DNA of 64,000 bases, taken from positions 2,155 to 66,154 of the forward strand of contig JAYPJF010000001.1 in the NCBI GenBank assembly GCA_038128225.1, in the 5' to 3' direction. The position numbers and the translations under genes are program-made. Under the pieces are notes generated by a model. That model did not search any database and was not told the origin of the DNA. It was given only the letters and a program-made list of their open reading frames with translations. This DNA comes from a bacterium (lineage in GTDB: Bacteria > Patescibacteriota > Minisyncoccia > Phycocordibacterales > UBA2100). Positions 18,496 through 26,549 of the stretch are shown piece by piece (positions within the stretch are counted from its first letter, which is position 1; every line of letters begins with the position of its first letter).

Positions 18496-19467
18496 TCAAA
18501 CTGCATTACCGTCAGGCGGTCGCAGGAAAAGCGACGTCAAAGACCCTCCATCATGGATCCGTCTAATCGCTTGGGCCAATAAGGGCGCAATCGAGAGTAC
18601 GGTTACATTTTTAGGAAGCGCCTTTCCGGTAAGAGGGACGGTGTCCGTCACCACAAGCTCGATGATACTGCTCTCCTCTATCAAACTCAACGCACCGGCA
18701 GAAAAGAGTCCGTGCGTCGCAAACGCATACACTCCTTTTGCGCCAGCTTTCATTGCTGCCTTTGCTTCTTCTACCAACGTACGCGCGGAATCAACCATGT
18801 CATCAACAAAAAGAACATACTTACCCCTAACAGCGCCCACGATAGTTACGCCACCGATCATTCCTGGTGCAGAACGTTCTTTTAAAAACATCACTATGTC
18901 ACTTACCCCAAGAAGTTTCGCGTACTGGCGTGCACGTGCGACCCCACCTGCGTCAGGTGACGCAACCACAAAAGGAGTCTTGATGCGCTTCTTGAGATAC
19001 TGCACAGCTACAGAAGCGCCCGCCAGGTGGTCGATCACCATCACAGGATCGAAGTAGCCCGCAGTCGGTGCCGAATGCAAATCAAACAAAAGCACACGAT
19101 CGGCTCTTGTGGTGCACAATATATCTGCTACCACTTTTGCACTGTGCGCAACTCGTGGCCGATCTTTTCGATCCTGGCGATTGTACCCAAGATACGTAGG
19201 AACGAGTGTGATGTTTTTTGCCGAAGACCCGCGCGCTGCGCGCGCGAGTAATATCATTTCAAGAAGATTTTCAGCAGGCGGATGTGTCGCGCCAACAATA
19301 AAAACATCTGCATCGCGTACATTACTCGTAACCTGCACGTCTATTTCTCCATCGTTGAACCTTCCGATGCGCGCTTCTCCAGGGTCAACACTCAGTAGAC
19401 TGCATGTCGATCGAACGAGTTCGGTACTGTTGTTAGTACCAAACACCATAATGCGACCGTTTGGCAT
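18496..19467 (-). CDS. prs: ribose-phosphate pyrophosphokinase
   Basis: PRPP synthetase family; PRPP-binding loop VDDMVDSARTL; about 320 aa. Confidence 0.9.
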   Translation of the reverse strand: MPNGRIMVFGTNNSTELVRSTCSLLSVDPGEARIGRFNDGEIDVQVTSNVRDADVFIVGATHPPAENLLEMILLARAARGSSAKNITLVPTYLGYNRQDRKDRPRVAHSAKVVADILCTTRADRVLLFDLHSAPTAGYFDPVMVIDHLAGASVAVQYLKKRIKTPFVVASPDAGGVARARQYAKLLGVSDIVMFLKERSAPGMIGGVTIVGAVRGKYVLFVDDMVDSARTLVEEAKAAMKAGAKGVYAFATHGLFSAGALSLIEESSIIELVVTDTVPLTGKALPKNVTVLSIAPLLAQAIRRIHDGGSLTSLFLRPPDGNAV

Positions 19468-19526
19468 ACATACCTCCTTTACCCTTATTCGTAACCAGGA
19501 TCACTGTAGTGTACTCGTATAGAAAA

Positions 19527-19560
19527 AGAAAGAGGCGCACGCGGATGCGTGCGCCTCTGA
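19527..19560 (-). terminator. rho-independent terminator of the GC-rich gene
   Basis: Perfect 12-bp stem AGAGGCGCACGC-GGAT-GCGTGCGCCTCT followed by TTTCTTTTTCT on the minus strand. Confidence 0.75.
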
Positions 19561-19582
19561 AAGCTTGGCGAACTCCTCGAGC

Positions 19583-20107
19583 TTAGTTGCTCGTGCCGGT
19601 CTCGGTCGTGGCCGGATCGATGGGAGCGGCCGGGCCCGGCTCGACCTTCGGAAGCTCGGTCGTGACCGGCGCGAGCGTTGTGGAAGCATCGGGTGCCGAC
19701 GCGATGTCGGTGCCGTTCGTCTTCGCATACGCGGCCTGGAGCTTCGCGGCCTCTTCGGGGCTCACGAAGAACGTGATCCCGCGATCGCAGGAGTTGTTCC
19801 CCACGTCCAGAAGCCGACTGCCGAGATAGCCCTCGTACTTGTACTTGACGTTCTCGCCGACCTGGCCGACGAGAACCACGGCGTCGTCGATCCTCATGAC
19901 GCACTTGTCGCCGGCGACGTTGTCGCGCCCCTCATTCCAGTTGTAGCCGGCGGCGTCGACGATCGTGACCTGCGTATCCGCCTCGATGAGTCCGTAGGTC
20001 GGCTCCGTGACAGGAACCGCCTCCCCAGCAAGGATCGAACCGCCGAAGAGGCCGACAGCGAGGAGAGACAGGGCGAGCACGAATCCGAATTTGGGTTTCT
20101 TGCGCAT
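19583..20107 (-). CDS. hypothetical secreted protein encoded with strongly GC3-biased (foreign-like) codons
   Basis: Signal peptide MRKKPKFGFVLALSLLAVGLFGG; two Cys; C-terminal Pro/Thr/Ala-rich tail. Coding GC is by-eye about 64% with third positions nearly all G/C, while flanks are AT-rich. Shadow ORFs in all frames. Confidence 0.7.
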   Translation of the reverse strand: MRKKPKFGFVLALSLLAVGLFGGSILAGEAVPVTEPTYGLIEADTQVTIVDAAGYNWNEGRDNVAGDKCVMRIDDAVVLVGQVGENVKYKYEGYLGSRLLDVGNNSCDRGITFFVSPEEAAKLQAAYAKTNGTDIASAPDASTTLAPVTTELPKVEPGPAAPIDPATTETGTSN

Positions 20108-20173
20108 AAATACTCCTTTTTGTGCGCTCGTTGAACCGGATCAGGGTTTCAATGTAGATCCGGACCGCTCAAG

Positions 20174-20201
20174 ACTATAGTACAGAAAAATTATTTTACA
20201 A
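20174..20201 (-). promoter_or_regulatory. putative promoter (TTGTAA-16-TATAGT) and AAGGAG RBS region of the GC-rich gene
   Basis: Host-like AT-rich hexamers on the minus strand upstream of the ATG at 20107. Confidence 0.4.
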
Positions 20202-20706
20202 GTTTTGGTACCTCTATCGACTCCCACGTGTTTTTAATCAATGCGAGAAGTTTTTTGAGTGCTTCTTGCGTCAAAACCAAGGAACATGTGTTGATATTTG
20301 GATGTAGGTGCACAAAATCGGCGGCAAAAAGTCTCTGATCAATAAATATATGCACGCGCCGCTCCTCATCATTGAGTACCCCTAGAAGCGATACAGACCC
20401 CGGTTCCACTCCAAGACATCGTTTCAGTTCGTCTGGGTTACCGAATAAAAGCTTCTTTTCACCTACCCGATCCGCAAGGACATTCAAATCGACCCGCTCA
20501 CCATCTGCCACCACCACCAAAAAATAGCGCGACCCTTCGCGGTTACGCAGAAAAAGGTTCTTAGTACCTACGCCCGGAATATGCGCCGCGTGTTCCTGTA
20601 CTGCTTCGTACGTAAAAAGCGCGGGGTGATCGTACCGCTCATACGCTATGCCGTGTCCTACGAGAAACGCGAGCGCGCGTTTCTCTTGTTCTGCGTGGTC
20701 TCTCAC
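20191..20706 (-). CDS. YbaK/ProX-like aminoacyl-tRNA deacylase domain protein
   Basis: YbaK/EbsC family motifs (GTKNLFL..., LLGV...HPNINT). Start trimmed to GTG at 20706 to remove the 65-nt overlap with the upstream VOC gene. Confidence 0.65.
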   Translation of the reverse strand: MRDHAEQEKRALAFLVGHGIAYERYDHPALFTYEAVQEHAAHIPGVGTKNLFLRNREGSRYFLVVVADGERVDLNVLADRVGEKKLLFGNPDELKRCLGVEPGSVSLLGVLNDEERRVHIFIDQRLFAADFVHLHPNINTCSLVLTQEALKKLLALIKNTWESIEVPKLVK

Positions 20707-20707
20707 G

Positions 20708-21124
20708 TTACTTTCCCGACGTGTCCTGCATGATTCCGAAAATCGTTCCTTCGGGGTCTTTGCAGTATGCAAGCCACCCTACCCCCGGGATTTCCATTTT
20801 TGGAAGCGCAATCGAGCCTCCCGCTTTTTCAACCTTTTCGATCGTGTCATCAACCGACTCGACTGTCAGACTACATACAAATGCATTGACCGGCTCTCCT
20901 CCCTGCGGCTTCGGCCCTTGTCTTTTCACCATCCCGCCGTTGATCCCAGGCCATTTTGACTCGTCTTTGTAATTTTCAGGAGCGGTCATGATAATCCAAT
21001 ATTCAAAACCTGCCCCAGGAGCATCCCACTTTCGAACCTCCCATCCGAACACCCCTCGATAAAATGTGGCAAGTTTCTCTGGGTCCTCCGCATGTATCTC
21101 AAAATGAACTACGCGATTCATCAT
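20708..21124 (-). CDS. VOC/glyoxalase-bleomycin resistance family protein
   Basis: MMNRVVHFEIHAEDPEKLATFYRGVFGWEV N-terminal glyoxalase-fold signature. Confidence 0.75.
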   Translation of the reverse strand: MMNRVVHFEIHAEDPEKLATFYRGVFGWEVRKWDAPGAGFEYWIIMTAPENYKDESKWPGINGGMVKRQGPKPQGGEPVNAFVCSLTVESVDDTIEKVEKAGGSIALPKMEIPGVGWLAYCKDPEGTIFGIMQDTSGK

Positions 21125-21155
21125 ACTGCTTTAAATGCTACTCTTTATAAATAAA

Positions 21156-21593
21156 CTACTTTTTCCTTTTCATCTCTGCGCTTACCAGGCCGGGATTTTT
21201 TGCAGCGTGCTGAAGGACTTTTTTTAACGCGGGAAGATGTATGTCTTCGACCTTTTTGAATCGTATGCAGCTTTTACCAACACTTACTTTTCCCAGCTCT
21301 TTTCGATATTTCTCAGCAAGATACTCTCCCTTGTCGAGCGCACACACGTATATACTTACATATTGTTTCTGATTTGCGAGTGAAATTACTGGCCACCCAA
21401 CCTGCTCTTTCTTGGCATTGATGTACGGAAAACTACCGTATCCGAGCATATTATATGCAAAATGAGGTTTGAGCTTCGGAACAGTTTTCTGAATAAATGC
21501 GTGCAGGAAATTGATGGTTTCTGAACGTTCAGCAGGTACCGCATCGAGATACGCGCGCACTGTTTTCGCCTTAGTCGGCTTAAACATGTTCAT
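21156..21593 (-). CDS. DUF1801/YdhG-like protein
   Basis: Size and motif pattern (VRAYLDAVP...ISLANQKQYVSIYV) consistent with the DUF1801 fold; assignment tentative. Confidence 0.5.
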   Translation of the reverse strand: MNMFKPTKAKTVRAYLDAVPAERSETINFLHAFIQKTVPKLKPHFAYNMLGYGSFPYINAKKEQVGWPVISLANQKQYVSIYVCALDKGEYLAEKYRKELGKVSVGKSCIRFKKVEDIHLPALKKVLQHAAKNPGLVSAEMKRKK

Positions 21594-21607
21594 GGTTGCA
21601 GTATACG

Positions 21608-22084
21608 TTACTCCTCGCTTTTTGGCTTGCGACGCAGAGGCTTGATGTAGTGCACTGATTCCTGTGCTTTCTTAAAACCCACGGCTTTATGAAACTTTTG
21701 GCTTCGAATATTTTTTACACTGGTATCTGAAGCAATTTCTTTATACCCACGCGCTTTAAGCCACCGCTCAACATATTCAAGAATATGCTCTCCAACTCCC
21801 TCGCCACGAAATTGTTTGTGCACAAAAATTCCTTCGAGGTATGGGATTGGGTATTCGTGCGCCCCTTCGACACAATCGGTACGGAACGAGACGTTGGCGA
21901 ACGCTGCGGGTTCACCGCTGTTGCCATAACACATAAACGCCGTGCCTTTTCTTTTTCTAAAAAATCCATCGAAATTTTCAATGAGGTCTTTTCTTTCCGC
22001 GAGCGGCGAAAGTTCCTGATTCATCAAAAACCATTCTTTAAAATCTTTGCGCTGCACTCTTCTGCACGTAATGAGTTGACTCAT
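21608..22084 (-). CDS. GNAT family N-acetyltransferase (AAC(6')-like)
   Basis: Acetyl-CoA binding motif GIFVHKQFRGEGVGEHILEYVERWLKARGY. Confidence 0.75.
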   Translation of the reverse strand: MSQLITCRRVQRKDFKEWFLMNQELSPLAERKDLIENFDGFFRKRKGTAFMCYGNSGEPAAFANVSFRTDCVEGAHEYPIPYLEGIFVHKQFRGEGVGEHILEYVERWLKARGYKEIASDTSVKNIRSQKFHKAVGFKKAQESVHYIKPLRRKPKSEE

Positions 22085-22282
22085 ACAATATATGTGTCCT
22101 TATGTGAGAGGCTAGCACCCCTTGATGCATAAAGGCAAGCGTCTTGTATCGTGAAGTACCCGCCTGCCCTTGGTGTTATCAGAACGCTCTGGAAACCAAG
22201 GGTGTTTGACGACCCTAGGATCGCATGACTGAATTCAGTCTATTTCTACACAATAGTTGGAGAGAAATGCAATGTTTTTTCT

Positions 22283-22591
22283 CTACACTCGAATTGTGAG
22301 TAGAAAGGTCACGTCATCTTCAGCTTCAAGATGCTCTCTTCTGCGAATCTCCGCTTTCAGAGGCAGTAGATACGCGCCCGCTTTCTTGTCGGGAAAAATA
22401 GACGTGTGCCATGATGTTTTTCCGATAGTTACCACGACTGGCAGTGAGCCCCATCCTTTTGCTCGTGCGCCGAAGTGTTTTTTAATTTCCTCTGATTGTT
22501 TTTTCGGAACGGAAATAAAATGCCAACCAGCCATTCCAGGGTACAACCATATTTTCGATTTTAGTTTGAATTCGTTCTTTGCCACACTCAT
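22283..22591 (-). CDS. DUF1905 family protein
   Basis: IWLYPGMAGWHFISVP motif characteristic of DUF1905. Confidence 0.7.
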   Translation of the reverse strand: MSVAKNEFKLKSKIWLYPGMAGWHFISVPKKQSEEIKKHFGARAKGWGSLPVVVTIGKTSWHTSIFPDKKAGAYLLPLKAEIRRREHLEAEDDVTFLLTIRV

Positions 22592-22768
22592 TGACTATAC
22601 CATTGGCGGGCGTCTCGCAGTTAGTACTCTGAGGTCTAACCACCACAAGGGTTTTTTAGCGACTTTCGCTAGATTATTTTGAGGCGTCAGCATAGGGTCT
22701 AACTTTTAGACAAGCTGGGCGAGATTTGATACAGTCTTGCTACTCAACAATTAAGAGGAGACTGCGTC

Positions 22769-23014
22769 ATGTACGCGGTGGCAAACGTTGAAAAGTTCCT
22801 TTCCGATAACAAAGGCAAGATCAGCCATCAGAAGGCGGCGGCGATCCTGAAGCGCGCACGCAAGCAGGGCGAACCCGACGGCGTCCTGATGGCAGGCATG
22901 AGCAAGGATCTTTGGCGAGACGCTAAGCTCGAAACCCAATTCGGGCAAGTTCTGACCAACGACGTCGAGCATATCGAGATGAGTTTCAGGGCTATCAGAG
23001 CTCGCAAACACTGA
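22769..23014 (+). CDS. hypothetical small basic protein (81 aa), elevated GC3
   Basis: RBS AAGAGGAG 8 nt upstream of ATG; followed by hairpin terminator; no recognisable family. Confidence 0.5.
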   Translation: MYAVANVEKFLSDNKGKISHQKAAAILKRARKQGEPDGVLMAGMSKDLWRDAKLETQFGQVLTNDVEHIEMSFRAIRARKH

Positions 23015-23037
23015 ACGATTCTATCTCCGACGGATTT

Positions 23038-23068
23038 CAGCCCGGACTAGCGCCGGGCTTCTTTTTTA
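23038..23068 (+). terminator. rho-independent terminator
   Basis: AGCCCGGACTAGCGCCGGGCT hairpin followed by TCTTTTTT. Confidence 0.7.
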
Positions 23069-23103
23069 GACCTCAGCATACCTCCGATAAAAAATACCTA
23101 GGG

Positions 23104-23190
23104 CGGAGAGGGAGGGATTCGAACCCTCGGTCCGGTTGCCCGGACACGTCCTTTCCAGGGACGCGCTTTAGACCACTCAGCCACCTCTCC
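23104..23190 (-). tRNA. tRNA-Ser (anticodon GGA), class II with long variable arm
   Basis: Acceptor GGAGAGG/CCTCTCC, anticodon stem-loop CGTCC-CTGGAAA-GGACG, variable arm TGTCCGGGCAACCGGAC, T-arm GAGGG-TTCGAAT-CCCTC, discriminator G. Confidence 0.85.
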
Positions 23191-23280
23191 GTGTTATGAG
23201 TTTATACCACCTAGAATGAAACGGTGCCAAAAAAGACCCCGCGCGCTTGCGCGGGGCCCTTCCGTCACAACCAATAGAGC

Positions 23281-23709
23281 TCAAGGATCAGCGCCCCCCC
23301 TGTTCCGCTCGACAGGAATGGTCCACGCGCGAGCGGTGATGAAGGCGGAATCTCCCGGCTCAGAAGAACTGCCGTCCAAGCGACGTAAGCTGCCGTGACG
23401 TCGCCACTGATTCATCCGGTGGCGTTTCCACGAATTCCCGTACTGCCGTTGATAACGCCTCAGCTCTGCCCGCCGGCAACGCTCTCGACGCTCTGCCGCC
23501 GCATCAACAGGGTCCGCTTCCTCAGCGGGATCCTCTTCCCTGTAGTGTGACACCATCTCGAAAGATGCGTCGAGCCACTCTTCGAGCCACTGCCGACGAT
23601 CTTCGGCAGCGAGGCGAGAGATCGTTTCATCATAGGTTTCATCGAATGGATCACGCGGTGAGTCCCATTCCCAGCTCGTGCCCGGGTCGAATACCTGACG
23701 AGTCGACAT
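23281..23709 (-). CDS. hypothetical protein, acidic N-half and Arg-rich C-half, elevated GC
   Basis: Start taken at MSTRQVF (Met14 of ORF) preceded by AGGAGGAG RBS; no family recognised. Confidence 0.5.
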   Translation of the reverse strand: MSTRQVFDPGTSWEWDSPRDPFDETYDETISRLAAEDRRQWLEEWLDASFEMVSHYREEDPAEEADPVDAAAERRERCRRAELRRYQRQYGNSWKRHRMNQWRRHGSLRRLDGSSSEPGDSAFITARAWTIPVERNRGGADP

Positions 23710-23785
23710 CTCTCCTCCTGTTCTCTTTTTCACTAAAACTCGTGGCACTATACAATATAGATATACAAAGTCAATATTTCTACAC

Positions 23786-24685
23786 TTACACTCTCATGCC
23801 GCGCAGCGCTGCTAGGCGTTCTGGTACCGGCGGGTGGGTCGAAAACAGCTTCGCAATAAACTTCCCTGCCTCAGCCGCGCCAAAAGGGTTGGAGATAAAT
23901 AAGTGCGCAGTCGCATGACTCGCGTTTTTCATTGGCGTCTTGTAGTCGCTAATTTTTTCAAGCGCGGATGCAAGTCCTTCAGGATAGCGAGTTAAAAGCG
24001 CTCCTGATGCATCAGCAAGAAATTCGCGCCGCCGAGAAATGGCGAGCTGCAAAAGCTGCGCGGCAATCGGAGCCACTATCGCAGCAACAACCGCAGCGAT
24101 AGCAAACACAACACCCGCCTTTCCACTATCACTATCACGCCCACCACCGTAAAAACTCATCCTCAAGAAAAAGTCTGCAAGAATTGAAAGAAACCCCACA
24201 AGCACCACAGCAACGGTCATGACTAAAATGTCACGATTGCCGATGTGTGAAAGTTCATGCGCGAGCACACCTTCAAGCTCAGAACGATCGAGTCGCTCTA
24301 AAAGTCCGGTGGTCACCGCCACGACACCGTTTTTTGGTCCACGTCCTGTTGCAAACGCGTTCGGAGCAGGATCATTGATAACGTACACGCGCGGCTTAGG
24401 CAGACCTGCGGTGATCGCGAGGTTTTCAACCAATCGATTAAGCTCGAGCCATTGAGAACCCTCAGCTGGTTTTGCGCCCGTTGATGCAATCGCTACCTTG
24501 TCGGAAAACCAGTACGCACCAACATTCATCACGATGCTGAAAAATACGGCGACCCAGAGAATCGCCGGGTCACCGAGGTATGCCGACATAACCCACCCAA
24601 CCAACATCACCATGATGAAAAAACCGCTCATAAGTACCCATGTTTTCCATACATTTGCTGATTGATGAGCGTAGAGAGATGCCAT
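23786..24685 (-). CDS. htpX: M48 family zinc metalloprotease HtpX
   Basis: HELSHIGNRD zinc-binding motif and 4 TM helices. Start provisionally at Met28 (MASLYAH...); the full ORF extends to 24766. Confidence 0.8.
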   Translation of the reverse strand: MASLYAHQSANVWKTWVLMSGFFIMVMLVGWVMSAYLGDPAILWVAVFFSIVMNVGAYWFSDKVAIASTGAKPAEGSQWLELNRLVENLAITAGLPKPRVYVINDPAPNAFATGRGPKNGVVAVTTGLLERLDRSELEGVLAHELSHIGNRDILVMTVAVVLVGFLSILADFFLRMSFYGGGRDSDSGKAGVVFAIAAVVAAIVAPIAAQLLQLAISRRREFLADASGALLTRYPEGLASALEKISDYKTPMKNASHATAHLFISNPFGAAEAGKFIAKLFSTHPPVPERLAALRGMRV

Positions 24686-24787
24686 ACGAATATTGTGCTG
24701 AAATTCATTGTGTTTGCAAGCAGTGCTGATTTTTGTGTACACGACACTGCGTTCATCCATGCGCAATTTTTGTGAGATAATTCACAC

Positions 24788-25471
24788 ATGACTTTTGAAC
24801 AACCCCCAAGAAATGGTAGTGGCACTACTTCAGAGAAATTTTGGCAGAGCGTTGAGTCTTGGATAAGGGCGCGCAACCGTGACCTTAATATTGCAACGGG
24901 AATTTTGCTTGCTGGCCTTGCCGGGTACGTGTATTTTCACAACAGCAAAGAAGTACACTGTCTGGCTCAAAACATTATTCACGAAGCACAGTTTGAACCA
25001 AAAAAAGGCCAAGAGGCTGTCGCGCTCGTCACTGTTTTGCGCGCCCTTTCTGGCAAATATCCTGAATCAGTGTGCGGGGTCGTTTTTCAAACAGAGCACG
25101 GCAGACAGTTCTCATGGACCGGAAATAAGGCGTTGGTTGCTGAGGATATAGGCGCCCGCCTTACGCATCAAATCGCGGAAATCGCGGAAAATGTTTTCGA
25201 TCTGAAAGATAACCCCAACGCACTCGCAAAGAAAGTTGCAGAACTAGGATTGACACAAGATACATATTTCTACAAACGATTCGACTGGGTGGGCGAAAAA
25301 CTAACTGAAAAGACAAAATGGTTTTTTGAACAATGCCTTGAGCCCCTCAGAGATACAAGTGGAAACCCGCTTCAGATAGGCGCCCATGTGTTCTACCGCC
25401 CGCGACTCGAATATTGCCCACCGCCACAAAAAATTCCTCCCTTGCCGGAGCGAAACCCGGTACGTTCGTGA
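24788..25471 (+). CDS. SleB/CwlJ-like cell wall hydrolase domain protein with N-terminal TM anchor
   Basis: AVALVTVLRALSGKYPESVCGVVFQTEHGRQFSW matches the Hydrolase_2 (SleB) core. Confidence 0.6.
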   Translation: MTFEQPPRNGSGTTSEKFWQSVESWIRARNRDLNIATGILLAGLAGYVYFHNSKEVHCLAQNIIHEAQFEPKKGQEAVALVTVLRALSGKYPESVCGVVFQTEHGRQFSWTGNKALVAEDIGARLTHQIAEIAENVFDLKDNPNALAKKVAELGLTQDTYFYKRFDWVGEKLTEKTKWFFEQCLEPLRDTSGNPLQIGAHVFYRPRLEYCPPPQKIPPLPERNPVRS

Positions 25472-25526
25472 CTTTACAAATTGTCCCCCGTTCGTATGCT
25501 CTTCACAGTTGCAAAAGGAGGACCAT

Positions 25527-25880
25527 ATGCACTACCGCGATGTGCCCGCTTCTCAACACGTAGCACTGGTTAATAGTAACGCCGATTTGATTGCAAGCGC
25601 TCTCGAACGCATCGTTGGAATGAAACACTTCGTTAGTTCGGCGGTGATCACTGATGCCCCTCGATCGGGCCGGCTGCTCTATACCACGCGAGTTACCGGC
25701 GACACGCCACTTCCCGACGGTTCTGCCTCAGCTATTGCTCTTGCAATCGATATTGTAATTCTGAGCGAGGAAGCGCGCTACTACCCTGTGACCGTGCTGG
25801 GAAAAAGTAAAGGGTGGGAGGTGCGGCGTACGCTCGTGCGAAATCAACCGGCGGCTATTTTGTGGACTGCTTGGGTGTGA
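25527..25880 (+). CDS. hypothetical protein (117 aa)
   Basis: AAAGGAGG RBS 6 nt upstream of ATG at 25527; followed by terminator. Confidence 0.5.
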   Translation: MHYRDVPASQHVALVNSNADLIASALERIVGMKHFVSSAVITDAPRSGRLLYTTRVTGDTPLPDGSASAIALAIDIVILSEEARYYPVTVLGKSKGWEVRRTLVRNQPAAILWTAWV

Positions 25881-25915
25881 AAGCCGACCCGTCCGAAAGG
25901 ACGGGCTTTTTTTGT
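25880..25915 (+). terminator. rho-independent terminator
   Basis: CCCGTCC-GAAA-GGACGGG hairpin followed by TTTTTTTG. Confidence 0.75.
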
Positions 25916-25921
25916 ATCAAT

Positions 25922-26470
25922 TTAAAATTGTACTTTCACCGGCTCTTTTGCTGCCTGTTCGTTCTCGGCAAGTGCAAAGAAATCAGATTCCTTAAACTTG
26001 AACATGCTGTTGAGCGCATTGCCTGGGAATGACTGGAGCCCCGTATTCAATTCTTGCACTACCGAGTTATAGAAACGACGCGCCGCTTGAATTTTGTTTT
26101 CAGTATCGGCAAGTTCGCGTTGCAATTCGAGAAAGTTCGTGTTTGCTTTAAGGTCTGGGTAGTTTTCCGAAACAGCAAACATGGTCTTCAGCGCACCTGC
26201 GAGCATATTTTCCGCCTCACTATGTTCCGCGACTGTTTGTGCATTCATGGCACGTGTGCGCATCTCCGTTACTTTTTCAAGGGTCGTATTTTCGTGACCG
26301 GCGTATCCTTTCACGGTCTCGACAAGGTTCGGAATGAGATCATAGCGACGTTTCAGCTGCACATCGATATCCGACCACGCCTCCCGTACGCGATTAGTAA
26401 GTGTGACAAAGCGATTATAAATCCACATAACCCACAAACCAGCGCCAACAAGTATGATGAGTATCCACAT
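25922..26470 (-). CDS. LemA family protein
   Basis: N-terminal TM then LemA motifs (NRFVTLTNRVREAWSDIDVQLKRRYDLIPNLV...). Confidence 0.8.
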   Translation of the reverse strand: MWILIILVGAGLWVMWIYNRFVTLTNRVREAWSDIDVQLKRRYDLIPNLVETVKGYAGHENTTLEKVTEMRTRAMNAQTVAEHSEAENMLAGALKTMFAVSENYPDLKANTNFLELQRELADTENKIQAARRFYNSVVQELNTGLQSFPGNALNSMFKFKESDFFALAENEQAAKEPVKVQF

Positions 26471-26504
26471 GTCTGCATTTTAATACTCTCGAAAAACCAT
26501 GCAA

Positions 26505-26531
26505 GAAAAAACCGGCTGCACGCCGGTTTTT
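26505..26531 (-). terminator. rho-independent terminator after groEL
   Basis: AAAAAACCGGC-TGCAC-GCCGGTTTTT. Confidence 0.75.
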
Positions 26532-26549
26532 CCTCTCGTGCGCGTATTC

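Noticed and set aside
19485-20134. Multiple ORFs in other frames (19485..19904 -, 19565..20134 +, 19587..19829 +)
   Set aside because: Shadow ORFs created by the very high GC of the foreign gene. Their translations are Arg/Gly/Pro-rich and lack start context.
22257-22682. 141-aa plus ORF
   Set aside because: Antisense to the DUF1905 gene, which has the conserved family motif.
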